Virus record (IMG/VR): IMGVR_UViG_3300002063_000003
Strand: one strand, 5' to 3'
Length of the DNA stretch: 42,604 nucleotides
Source: a virus
Part shown: piece after piece, positions 1 through 8,066 of the stretch
Numbering within the stretch: position 1 is the first letter of the stretch
Layout of the letters: each line of letters begins with the position of its first letter
Program-made: the position numbers and the translations under genes
The notes under the pieces: model-generated
Seen by the model: only the letters and a program-made list of their open reading frames with translations
Told to the model about the DNA's origin: nothing
The model's database searches: none

Positions 1-49
1 CTTCAAACTTATATACAATGCGGTATTGATAAATCTCAGTTCCCGTGGA
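1..49. repeat. Terminal direct repeat, left copy (identical to 42556-42604)
   Basis: CTTCAAACTTATATACAATGCGGTATTGATAAATCTCAGTTCCCGTGGA read at both window ends. It lies inside a coding sequence. Confidence 0.97.
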
Positions 50-826
50 ACTATCAAGGGTAGGTAAGTCGGGTTTAATATCCTTGGCAACTTTAAATAG
101 GGAAACCCCATCATATTGCCAGAGACCAGAGTCTTCATCGGTAAAATATATAGAAGATCTAGCTTGAATATAATCCGTTAACTCCCAATCATCTTCGTCC
201 TGTCTTGCCCAGTGATCAGCAAAAGGGGGTGTAATACCCTCAAAAGGTATCTCTTCAGAATAGTAATAAGTTAAACTTAATACGCCCGACTGAAAATTAG
301 TCTGATTTGCTGCTTCAATTGAGTTTGCAAACGAATCTACTCCAGTAAAAGTTGCAGTGAAATCAGTCAAAGATGTGTTAATTGTAGTGACAATGTCACT
401 AACTAGTATAGAAGAGGTGGTATTAGCCATTAAACCAAGAGGAATCTGTGACTGTTCTACTCCATTTAGGAATGTATTTAAGTTATACTGTCCATTAACT
501 ATTTCGATACTAATAGTCGCTATATCTGCCCCAGAGTATGTTACTTCTATCTGTCCTTCTGATATTTTATGCAACCTATCTGTGATGCTTATTCTTTCCT
601 GCAGCCTAGATTGACCCGCAATAGACCTATTAACAAAGGTTACTAGACCTCCACCAGCATTAGACACCGTATCACGTTTGTAACCCTTTCTTTTAGTCAT
701 AGAGAGATCGTCTCCAAAACGTATGTTTTCTATCTCAAGGGCAGTTACATCATTTTTATTTAACTCAGTATTAGTTAAATCTAACCCTGAGAAGTTTCTA
801 AAGTGCTTGGCTAAGTTGAAACCCAT
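1..826 (-). CDS. Large virion structural protein, N-terminal part. The gene wraps across the window ends. Size and position fit a podovirus nozzle/tail-tube-B-like protein.
   Basis: ATG at 826-824, with AGAGGA upstream and 2 nt after the stop of 829..1836. Manual triplet check found no in-frame stop down to base 1. The frame continues exactly into 42555->41165 (826+1391 nt = 739 codons). It is absent from the ORF track because there is no stop at this end. Confidence 0.7.
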   Translation of the reverse strand, partial: MGFNLAKHFRNFSGLDLTNTELNKNDVTALEIENIRFGDDLSMTKRKGYKRDTVSNAGGGLVTFVNRSIAGQSRLQERISITDRLHKISEGQIEVTYSGADIATISIEIVNGQYNLNTFLNGVEQSQIPLGLMANTTSSILVSDIVTTINTSLTDFTATFTGVDSFANSIEAANQTNFQSGVLSLTYYYSEEIPFEGITPPFADHWARQDEDDWELTDYIQARSSIYFTDEDSGLWQYDGVSLFKVAKDIKPDLPTLDSSTGTEIYQYRIVYKFE

Positions 827-828
827 TG

Positions 829-1836
829 TTAGTCCTCTGGAAATTGTGCTATAGACATTATATCATCTGTGACGTACGAGTATGCCTCTTCTATTTCGGC
901 TAACATAGCTACTAGATCTCTACTGTGTACTTGGTACTCAGATGAACCATCTCTCTGTAATAATTTAATTATGGCGTATCTAGTGATATAGTCCATAGCT
1001 AGTGGCTCTAGCTGACAGTGCGTAGAGGAATTGAACCCTCTAACCAAGTAAAGATCTATATTTGGCAGCTCGCCAGAAGCAAGAGTGCCATAACTACTTG
1101 TGTCTAAGTATTCAGTTGTGTTTGAATCTGACAGTGTAACAGTCAGGGCCTGAGTGTCAAAATCGCTGATTCTAACATTACGGGCAACTTGGTTGCCATC
1201 ACAGTCTACCAGGGTCCACTTGTACTTATTACTAATGGCATTAGCATCATAACAGAATGTTGCATCTACATTAAGAATTCCACTTGTAATATTTACCCCA
1301 CTAGAGGCGGTGAACTTAATTGCTGCTTGTTCTATATTAGGCAATGCCTGACAGTATAATATTCTCACAGAATCAGGGACTTTGCAACCTCTATATGATT
1401 TTGTATCTCTAGTTAAATGTATTTTATTTCCAATAACAGTATATCCGCATTCAGTGGCGTTTCCTCCACACTGGCAGTAGTTCATATGGCAGTCACCACA
1501 GCTTGTGCTTGTGTCGTATGAGTTTATGTTATGGGAGTATACCATTTTTTGTAGGCACCCATCTAGCCATAAACTAGATACCTTAGATCTCATGAAAGAG
1601 TCTATGGGCATATTGTACACCTGCACAGCCCCCTCTTCCGTTATTTCTTGTGGGAAATAGAACTTGCCAAACTCGTTTGGGCTCTTTTTTACTATTTTTG
1701 ACTGCAATTGTCTTTGGGCTATATTTAAAAACCGGACAATTTCTTTGTCTGTTATTCCTATATACTCAGACGTGTCTAAGTTTTCAGTCTCAACTCGGAC
1801 TGCTTCTAATAGTTCTTCTACATCATTATATGACAT
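829..1836 (-). CDS. Virion structural protein with a Cys cluster (candidate head-tail adaptor / tail-tube-A-like)
   Basis: 335-aa ORF tightly packed between structural genes. Contains the cluster C113-x2-C-x4-C-x-C-x6-C. The function is inferred from position only. Confidence 0.5.
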   Translation of the reverse strand: MSYNDVEELLEAVRVETENLDTSEYIGITDKEIVRFLNIAQRQLQSKIVKKSPNEFGKFYFPQEITEEGAVQVYNMPIDSFMRSKVSSLWLDGCLQKMVYSHNINSYDTSTSCGDCHMNYCQCGGNATECGYTVIGNKIHLTRDTKSYRGCKVPDSVRILYCQALPNIEQAAIKFTASSGVNITSGILNVDATFCYDANAISNKYKWTLVDCDGNQVARNVRISDFDTQALTVTLSDSNTTEYLDTSSYGTLASGELPNIDLYLVRGFNSSTHCQLEPLAMDYITRYAIIKLLQRDGSSEYQVHSRDLVAMLAEIEEAYSYVTDDIMSIAQFPED

Positions 1837-1839
1837 TTA

Positions 1840-2217
1840 TTACCTCAGTAAAGTATTTGCTAGTGAATTTGCTAGGTTAGAAGTTATTCTTTCCCTTGAT
1901 TGTTGTGAGCTATTCTGTGCTTGTGCCACACCTTTTAGCCTACCGATTTCTGTATTTGCTTCAGCTATTCGCTCATTCTTTTTCTGCTGAAGAATGCCTG
2001 TCACACCGCCAATTACTCCACCTGCAACTGCACCCCAAGGACCTCCCGTAGCAAAGCCTGTAAGCGCTCCCGAAGCAGCTCCACCAGCACCTGTTGCATT
2101 TTGAGGGGCCTGCTGTGTAGCTTTTCCTAAAGTTCCTGCAAGCACTTGGGAAGGGTCCGTATTGTCCCCAAAGTCTAGTGTTGAGTCAAAATCAAAGTTC
2201 AATTTATTGTTTTCCAT
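1840..2217 (-). CDS. Small glycine-rich (glycine-zipper-like) protein
   Basis: 125-aa ORF with the segment GAGGAASGALTGFATGGPWGAVAGGVIGGVTGIL. Start and stop are coupled to the neighbouring genes. Confidence 0.5.
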   Translation of the reverse strand: MENNKLNFDFDSTLDFGDNTDPSQVLAGTLGKATQQAPQNATGAGGAASGALTGFATGGPWGAVAGGVIGGVTGILQQKKNERIAEANTEIGRLKGVAQAQNSSQQSRERITSNLANSLANTLLR

Positions 2218-3155
2218 TAGAAGTTACCTTCCTCCTCATTATCTATTTCAGTTATAGTCATATATGTATTTGAGTTGACTAGTACAGACCCTGAAATTGT
2301 TATTAACATATCTATACTATCTGTACCAGAATACGTAAACTCAGGGAAGCTTATTGGAATATAATGATTACCTTGTTCTGCGGAATTAAATGTAAAATCA
2401 AGTGTATTTGTTCCATTCAAGATTCTTACTTCTAGATTAGATGACGCCGTTATAATACTGGCTACTAGTTTTCCATCTATTCGGTATTTATTGCCTATAG
2501 TAAGGCCACTGAAGTAAGGGATAGTGCTAGTGGTATTCACCTGGCCAGGGAGTAAGTTTATATCCGAGTATACATCACTATTCAGTTTTGTGGTAGATTT
2601 AGAGACCGATTTGATTTCAACATTAGTGCCTGAAACAATTGCTTCCGTCCCCTGCCCTCCAGATATAGTTTGTATTTGAATAGAAACCGAATCACTAGTA
2701 TTTATAGCTGATACTGTATTTGGAGATGAGACCCATTGTGTGCCATCATAAGAATATAAGCCGGCAGCCCTATGTGTTCCATCAGAAAGCTGCAAATCTC
2801 CTGCGATAGGGGAAGTAGGGTCTGAGCTAATGGGTAGAAGGTTTATTTTTTCAATAGGTTGTTCTACCTCAATGTTATTATTAGTGTTTAATTTTAGTAG
2901 ATTTAGAATAGTTCCAACTAGTGTAGATTTGGCTCTTAGAGATTCATTGTTGTTTAGTAGTAGTTTTGTTCCATCAATACCATCATTTGCTAAAGAGTTA
3001 GCGCCTATAGGGCGCCCCTTACCAGAACCTGTATGATCGTGCTCTACAATACGTGTGAGTAAGTTTTCCAAGACACGTTGTCCCCAATTCTTCTCTTTTA
3101 TAGTTGGTACTTCTAGTTGAAGATCGTCGTCTTCACCTAAGGTAAAAAATGCCAT
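2217..3155 (-). CDS. Tail fibre-like protein
   Basis: 312-aa ORF in the fibre block. The C-terminal part aligns loosely with the C-terminus of 3423..5390 (IGNKYRIDG vs IGKSYRANL, and both proteins end in NF). Confidence 0.5.
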   Translation of the reverse strand: MAFFTLGEDDDLQLEVPTIKEKNWGQRVLENLLTRIVEHDHTGSGKGRPIGANSLANDGIDGTKLLLNNNESLRAKSTLVGTILNLLKLNTNNNIEVEQPIEKINLLPISSDPTSPIAGDLQLSDGTHRAAGLYSYDGTQWVSSPNTVSAINTSDSVSIQIQTISGGQGTEAIVSGTNVEIKSVSKSTTKLNSDVYSDINLLPGQVNTTSTIPYFSGLTIGNKYRIDGKLVASIITASSNLEVRILNGTNTLDFTFNSAEQGNHYIPISFPEFTYSGTDSIDMLITISGSVLVNSNTYMTITEIDNEEEGNF

Positions 3156-3406
3156 TATAAAAATCTCCTTATAATTTCTGCTAGCGATATTACTATTGTA
3201 ATAATAGTGGCTGATTGTGCCTTATCTTTAAGGCGTGCATCCTCTAGTTTCTCTAGGCGCTTTTCAGACGCTTCTGTTCTTCTCATATGCTCTTTTAAAG
3301 ACGCTGTATTTACGGCTGTATCTACAGCAATGTTATGCACTTTATCAGCTATTATCTTAACATCTTGGCCTATTTCTTGCAAGTTTTTGTCTATATCTGT
3401 ACTCAT
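3155..3406 (-). CDS. Small coiled-coil protein with a C-terminal hydrophobic segment
   Basis: 83-aa ORF with a charged helical N-terminal part and the tail ATIITIVISLAEIIRRFL. Shares one base (3155) with the start codon of the next gene. Confidence 0.5.
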   Translation of the reverse strand: MSTDIDKNLQEIGQDVKIIADKVHNIAVDTAVNTASLKEHMRRTEASEKRLEKLEDARLKDKAQSATIITIVISLAEIIRRFL

Positions 3407-3422
3407 ATCTATGCCTTATGTA

Positions 3423-5390
3423 TTAAAAATTAGAGACTACGTTAATATCGTAAGGTAGCTCTGTTACCTCAAAATGTGTTCCAGTTCTACCTGTTCCTGC
3501 CCCTATACTGCTTCCTGCGGGTACTATGGCTTCTATTTCAATAGTTGTGGTGGTTGCTACAAACTCCACAACTGATGAACCATTAGTAAACAAGGACTGC
3601 CCAGAAGGGGGTAGATCCCCCATTCTAGTTAGCTGTACACCATCATGTCTAATAAAAAGGGCCACACCAAATCCAGTACCCTGTAACAATCCCTGTAGGT
3701 TTGCTCTATATGACTTTCCTATCACAAGACCCGTAACAGCTAATTGCGCTATACTAGTAGTGGTTACTGTTTGATCAGATGTTAAGTTCTTAAATACTTT
3801 ACGCGCTGTTTTATCTGCCTTTAAAGTTATTTGGGTTTGTAATAAAGTTATATCAGACTGATTATTAGATATATTAGTGGCCTGTATAGATTGTTCTCCC
3901 TGCACTGTAACTATATCACTTGAGAGGCTCTCCGACCTATTCTCTAATTCATCTAATGCGGCTTGTATATCGGATCCAATAGCATTTGTATTATTTGTAT
4001 CGTCGTAAGCAATATCTGCTGCTTCCAGTACAACTACACCTATTTTAGAATTAACGGAGTCAACAGGGGCTGCACCGGGGGCAGCTGGCTGGTTAATTAA
4101 ATCATTATAGTCCCCAGAAGTCGCTACAGTGGCTAAGTCTCCAGGTTGAATAGCGGTTCCTGCCAATACTCCTTGAGCCGCAGTGGCGTAATCCGCTTCA
4201 TTCAAATCTGTGATGTCGGCTTTCAGGTGTGTATGCACAGATTCCGCTTTAGTATCTATTTCTGCCTGTTGCGCGGTAGATACTGGTTTGTTGGAATCCG
4301 ATGTATTGTCTACATTACCTAGTCCAACATCAGTTGAATTCAATATTACTGTTCCTATTTTTCCATTTACAGAGTCAACTGGCGCCCCAGGGGAAGTTGC
4401 CACTTCCCAGTCCCCGTCCTTTCTAATATATTGTGATCCATCTATAGGGGCTTCTGGGAAGCTCACCTTTGCTGTGTTTAGGGCTATAGCAGTGTCTTGT
4501 GTAGTCTGCTCCGTGTTTAATGTAGATATATTAGTTGTATTAGTATCAGTATCCTGCCTGTTAAATGCTTCTCTTGTCTCTAAGACGTCTAAAGCTAGTT
4601 GTACGTTTGTTCCTAGGGCAGACTCATTCCCAGAGTCATCATAGGATATATTGTTAGATGATACACCAGTTAAAAGTAAGTTTTCTAATGTTCTTAAGTT
4701 TACAACATCCTGAGGGTCAACTGGATCTGCAACATTGACTATACGCCTGTTGTTAATAAAAATAGTTCCGTCATTTTCAATTCTAAACCTAACGCTCGAT
4801 CCACCAGAAACAGCCGTGCCCGCATCTGAAATATCAAAACTGCCATCATTAGTCGCAGAAGCCTGCATACCAAACCTAAAGGACTTCAATACGTTCCCTG
4901 AAGTATCTTTTCGGACTAGCATTACAGTTGTAGAGTTTGAGGTTCTATCTAACCTTATAATTCCATTATCAATGTGCAGTTCTCTTTCAGGTGTTTCTGT
5001 CCCAATTCCCAGCCTACCTGCGTTTGATATATATACATCTGATCCTTGAATATCTCCTGATGTGCCATCAGCTCTAATTACAGAGTTGTCTACCGCTACA
5101 ACCTTAGTTACTTTCTGTCCTAACTCGGCCGACACTGTAGCAGCAAAGTTTGGGTCATCATTAAGGGCTGCAGCTAGCTCATTTAGCGTATCTAATGTGG
5201 TTGGGGCCGCATTAACTAAGTCAGCTATTTTAACATCGACCTGAGTTTCTGTTTGATAATTGACATCATTTGTTAAGTTGCTAATATTATCCGTTGGTTG
5301 TATTGCAGTTGAAGAAACATTTTCTATTTCCGATATATCTTCAACTCTATCAAGTCCACCTGTAATTGGGTTAAATCTAAACTTTGCCAT
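3423..5390 (-). CDS. Tail fibre protein
   Basis: 655 aa with an Ala/Thr/Ser/Asn-rich shaft. Carries the repeats PVDSVNGKIGTVIL and PVDSVNSKIGVVVL and the His-x-His motif SVHTHLKADITDL. The N-terminus MAKFRFNPITGGL is shared with 8066..9349. Confidence 0.75.
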   Translation of the reverse strand: MAKFRFNPITGGLDRVEDISEIENVSSTAIQPTDNISNLTNDVNYQTETQVDVKIADLVNAAPTTLDTLNELAAALNDDPNFAATVSAELGQKVTKVVAVDNSVIRADGTSGDIQGSDVYISNAGRLGIGTETPERELHIDNGIIRLDRTSNSTTVMLVRKDTSGNVLKSFRFGMQASATNDGSFDISDAGTAVSGGSSVRFRIENDGTIFINNRRIVNVADPVDPQDVVNLRTLENLLLTGVSSNNISYDDSGNESALGTNVQLALDVLETREAFNRQDTDTNTTNISTLNTEQTTQDTAIALNTAKVSFPEAPIDGSQYIRKDGDWEVATSPGAPVDSVNGKIGTVILNSTDVGLGNVDNTSDSNKPVSTAQQAEIDTKAESVHTHLKADITDLNEADYATAAQGVLAGTAIQPGDLATVATSGDYNDLINQPAAPGAAPVDSVNSKIGVVVLEAADIAYDDTNNTNAIGSDIQAALDELENRSESLSSDIVTVQGEQSIQATNISNNQSDITLLQTQITLKADKTARKVFKNLTSDQTVTTTSIAQLAVTGLVIGKSYRANLQGLLQGTGFGVALFIRHDGVQLTRMGDLPPSGQSLFTNGSSVVEFVATTTTIEIEAIVPAGSSIGAGTGRTGTHFEVTELPYDINVVSNF

Positions 5391-5656
5391 TATGAATCCT
5401 TTTTACCATATGATAGTTTTCCACCTACTCTTACCATAATGTAGAATAGTCTTGCAACTATTCGCCACCCAATGTGGTTTCCTGCCTGTCTAAGAGCATG
5501 TGCTCTAAATCTTTTATCCGCTTGTTTTTGTCCATACTTCATACTCTCATAATCCATGTCGTGTATTTTGCAGCTAGCATTAAACTTACTAGAAACAATT
5601 CTTCTTACCTTTGAAGGTATCCAATAAGGGCCGCAGTAATATTTCTTGCTTGACAT
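5390..5656 (-). CDS. Phospholipase A2-like small protein (parvovirus VP1u-type motif set)
   Basis: 88 aa with YCGPY (Ca-loop-like YxGP), CKIHDMDY (HDxxY) and QADKRF (ADxxF) in the same order as the viral PLA2 domain. It sits between fibre genes. Confidence 0.5.
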   Translation of the reverse strand: MSSKKYYCGPYWIPSKVRRIVSSKFNASCKIHDMDYESMKYGQKQADKRFRAHALRQAGNHIGWRIVARLFYIMVRVGGKLSYGKKDS

Positions 5657-5994
5657 TAAGTGGTAAGCTCCGAGATTATCTTACCTAAAACCACTTGAGT
5701 AGGTAGCGTCATTAAGTCATTATCATAATCACCTTTTGCCACTTTTTCCGTTGCTTGGTTTAGAATATTTGTCATTACTATTTGTATTTGTTCTCTTAAT
5801 GAATTTTGTACCTTATCAAGTAAAACTTTAGTTATTGCTACTGAAGTAAATTGTTCTAAGGTTACTGGGTTATCTATTAAAGGATGTGAATCACCTTCAA
5901 GAGGTTGTGTTATATCCTCTATTCTAGCTTTATATCCTAACTTTTCTGCTAGAAGAGCTACTTGCTCTACTGGTAAATTTATATCTAACTGCAT
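5656..5994 (-). CDS. Hypothetical protein (possible fibre chaperone, from position only)
   Basis: Start refined to ATG 5994-5992, which overlaps the TAA of the upstream gene (TAATG). GGGAGG lies 7 nt upstream. The track start at 6009 is less likely. Confidence 0.55.
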   Translation of the reverse strand: MQLDINLPVEQVALLAEKLGYKARIEDITQPLEGDSHPLIDNPVTLEQFTSVAITKVLLDKVQNSLREQIQIVMTNILNQATEKVAKGDYDNDLMTLPTQVVLGKIISELTT

Positions 5995-8066
5995 TATGCT
6001 ACCTCCCAAGTGTCTATTCCACCTGCTCCTATTACTCGTTTATATAAGATGCCATCAGAGCCTTCTCTAATTTCTACCGCAATAGCATCTGGGGTTATTC
6101 CTAACATTAGTGTTTCATCATCTTCATTTATTATTGTCAGGGCCGTAGTTCCGTTTTGACTTCTAATTGTAGTCTGGTTGGATACATTTGATTGTACAAT
6201 AACGGTTATTGGTACATCAGCAATGATAACTCCTGGGCTTAAATCTCCCACAAGTTGTACTGGGTAAGTAGTTGCTTCGTTAGCTACTCCACCTGCTGCT
6301 GGATGTTTTTGGTCTTCTTTAGAAGTTATAGTAACTCCATTTCTAGTTAAAGGCACTGTATAAGCTAGATCTAAAGAACTTGTTACATCATTCCACTCAA
6401 ATATTTGGGCTGTACCTTGATATGGGCTTGCTATAGCAATACCAGATTGGCCCCCATCTCCTGAATCATCAATAGACTGAGGTTGTGCTATAACTTGTGC
6501 CATCGCTTTAACTGGCATTAAGGGAGTTGCTTCTAACCCTGCACTATCTGCTCCAGAATATGCACTAACTAATCCTGTCGCTAAAAATCTAGTTGCGCCG
6601 TTTGGTTCATAATCAGCATCCGTTGCACCCGTAACTGTGTCTATTGCAATAGGTGATCCTGGGTTAACTGTAAATGTACCTTCGGCATTATCTCTTACAA
6701 AGTAATCAACATCTGTTCCAGCAAAAGGAGCAGACATGTCACCGCTTCTAGGCCATGTAATACCATCATTTGTTAGTGGCATTACTAATCTAAAATCATA
6801 GAAACCAGGGGCATCCATATTAGCGCCTATACATGCCATCATTTGGTTTTTTCCAGATAATATATATTCTTGTACTCCATCTGTTTGTAGCTGTACAAAC
6901 TCCCAGGGAGATAGTTCAATATCTTCTTGTGCTAATATTGTAGTTCCTGAACCATCTGTAAATTTAATTACATTACTTAATGGTCCATTAACTACCCAAA
7001 CTCTACCCTCATTTGAGTTAGAATTTCTAAATGCAAAAAGGAATGTTTCTTTAAATGAAAGGCCGTAACTTAATAATGGCATTGGGGATTCACTTCCTCC
7101 AGATACATTCTCACTCATACCATAAAAGCCTTGAGTGGAAGTTATAATAGCTCCATTAGTGATACCTGAAAATACAATAGGCTCTCCTAATGACATAAAT
7201 TCTCTGTATAAAACAGTACCAGAATTAAAGTCTGCTCCAGAGGCATATACTTCTACAACATTACCATCTCCTAAAGAAGTTCCTTGAACTCTACCAGTAT
7301 TAGTTTGACCGACAGCAAGTACCGTAAGCCCTGGTTGTCCCGCGTCTGCTAATAATTGTTGCTGTAATCCTAGTACCGATCCCGCAGCGACATCTTCTGT
7401 TTGTGTTGAGTCATTTGTTAACTGTAAAAAATTAGTCCCATCAAACTTTTCTAATTCACCTGTAGTAGTATTTAGTACTATTTGATCTAATGTAGCAGTT
7501 GCCGATAAATTTGTTTGAGGATCGAGGTCACTCACTATTCCAGGTGCTGTCTGGCCAGGGATCCAGTTAGACCCATCCCAAACAAGTGTGTCATCAATAC
7601 TAGGTGCAGTAGTAGTAGTATCTACATCAGAGTGCGTATCTATACCACCATCTGCGCTAATTTTTGTTGTATTGACAGCAATAGCTGTATCTTGGGCTGT
7701 TTGTTCAGATTGTATAGTAGATATATCTGTTGTATTACTAGCAATACTAGTGTCCTGGGCTGCATTAGCTGCTTGGATCGCTGATATATCAGCTGCGCTA
7801 GCAGTTAATTGGACCTGAAGCGCTGCTTCAATTGCATCTACTTCTGCCTGAGTGTATTTATCTAGATCAGTGATATCAACTTCCACATGCGTATGTGGTG
7901 CTGGGGTGGTCTCAGGAAGAGTTCCATCATTAGATGTTTCCATCTCCAGTCCCGGTACTTCAAATAATTCTACGTCACCTGACACATTACCAAAAGATGA
8001 TGTACCATCTTCAACAATTGTTATTTCGCCATCTGCGTCTTTAAAGGCTCTAAATTTTATTGGCAT
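5994..8066 (-). CDS. Tail fibre/spike protein with a large unique C-terminal domain
   Basis: 690 aa. The N-terminal third shares PHTHVEVDITDLDKYTQAEVD and IQSEQTAQDTAIAVNTTKISADGGIDTHSDVDT with 8066..9349. About 500 aa at the C-terminus are unique. Confidence 0.75.
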   Translation of the reverse strand: MPIKFRAFKDADGEITIVEDGTSSFGNVSGDVELFEVPGLEMETSNDGTLPETTPAPHTHVEVDITDLDKYTQAEVDAIEAALQVQLTASAADISAIQAANAAQDTSIASNTTDISTIQSEQTAQDTAIAVNTTKISADGGIDTHSDVDTTTTAPSIDDTLVWDGSNWIPGQTAPGIVSDLDPQTNLSATATLDQIVLNTTTGELEKFDGTNFLQLTNDSTQTEDVAAGSVLGLQQQLLADAGQPGLTVLAVGQTNTGRVQGTSLGDGNVVEVYASGADFNSGTVLYREFMSLGEPIVFSGITNGAIITSTQGFYGMSENVSGGSESPMPLLSYGLSFKETFLFAFRNSNSNEGRVWVVNGPLSNVIKFTDGSGTTILAQEDIELSPWEFVQLQTDGVQEYILSGKNQMMACIGANMDAPGFYDFRLVMPLTNDGITWPRSGDMSAPFAGTDVDYFVRDNAEGTFTVNPGSPIAIDTVTGATDADYEPNGATRFLATGLVSAYSGADSAGLEATPLMPVKAMAQVIAQPQSIDDSGDGGQSGIAIASPYQGTAQIFEWNDVTSSLDLAYTVPLTRNGVTITSKEDQKHPAAGGVANEATTYPVQLVGDLSPGVIIADVPITVIVQSNVSNQTTIRSQNGTTALTIINEDDETLMLGITPDAIAVEIREGSDGILYKRVIGAGGIDTWEVA

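Noticed and set aside
1-49. 49-bp terminal repeat as the physical direct terminal repeat of the virion DNA
   Set aside because: It lies in the middle of a long ORF that is restored in frame by circularisation, and its length is typical of an assembler overlap. The true termini cannot be inferred from this sequence.
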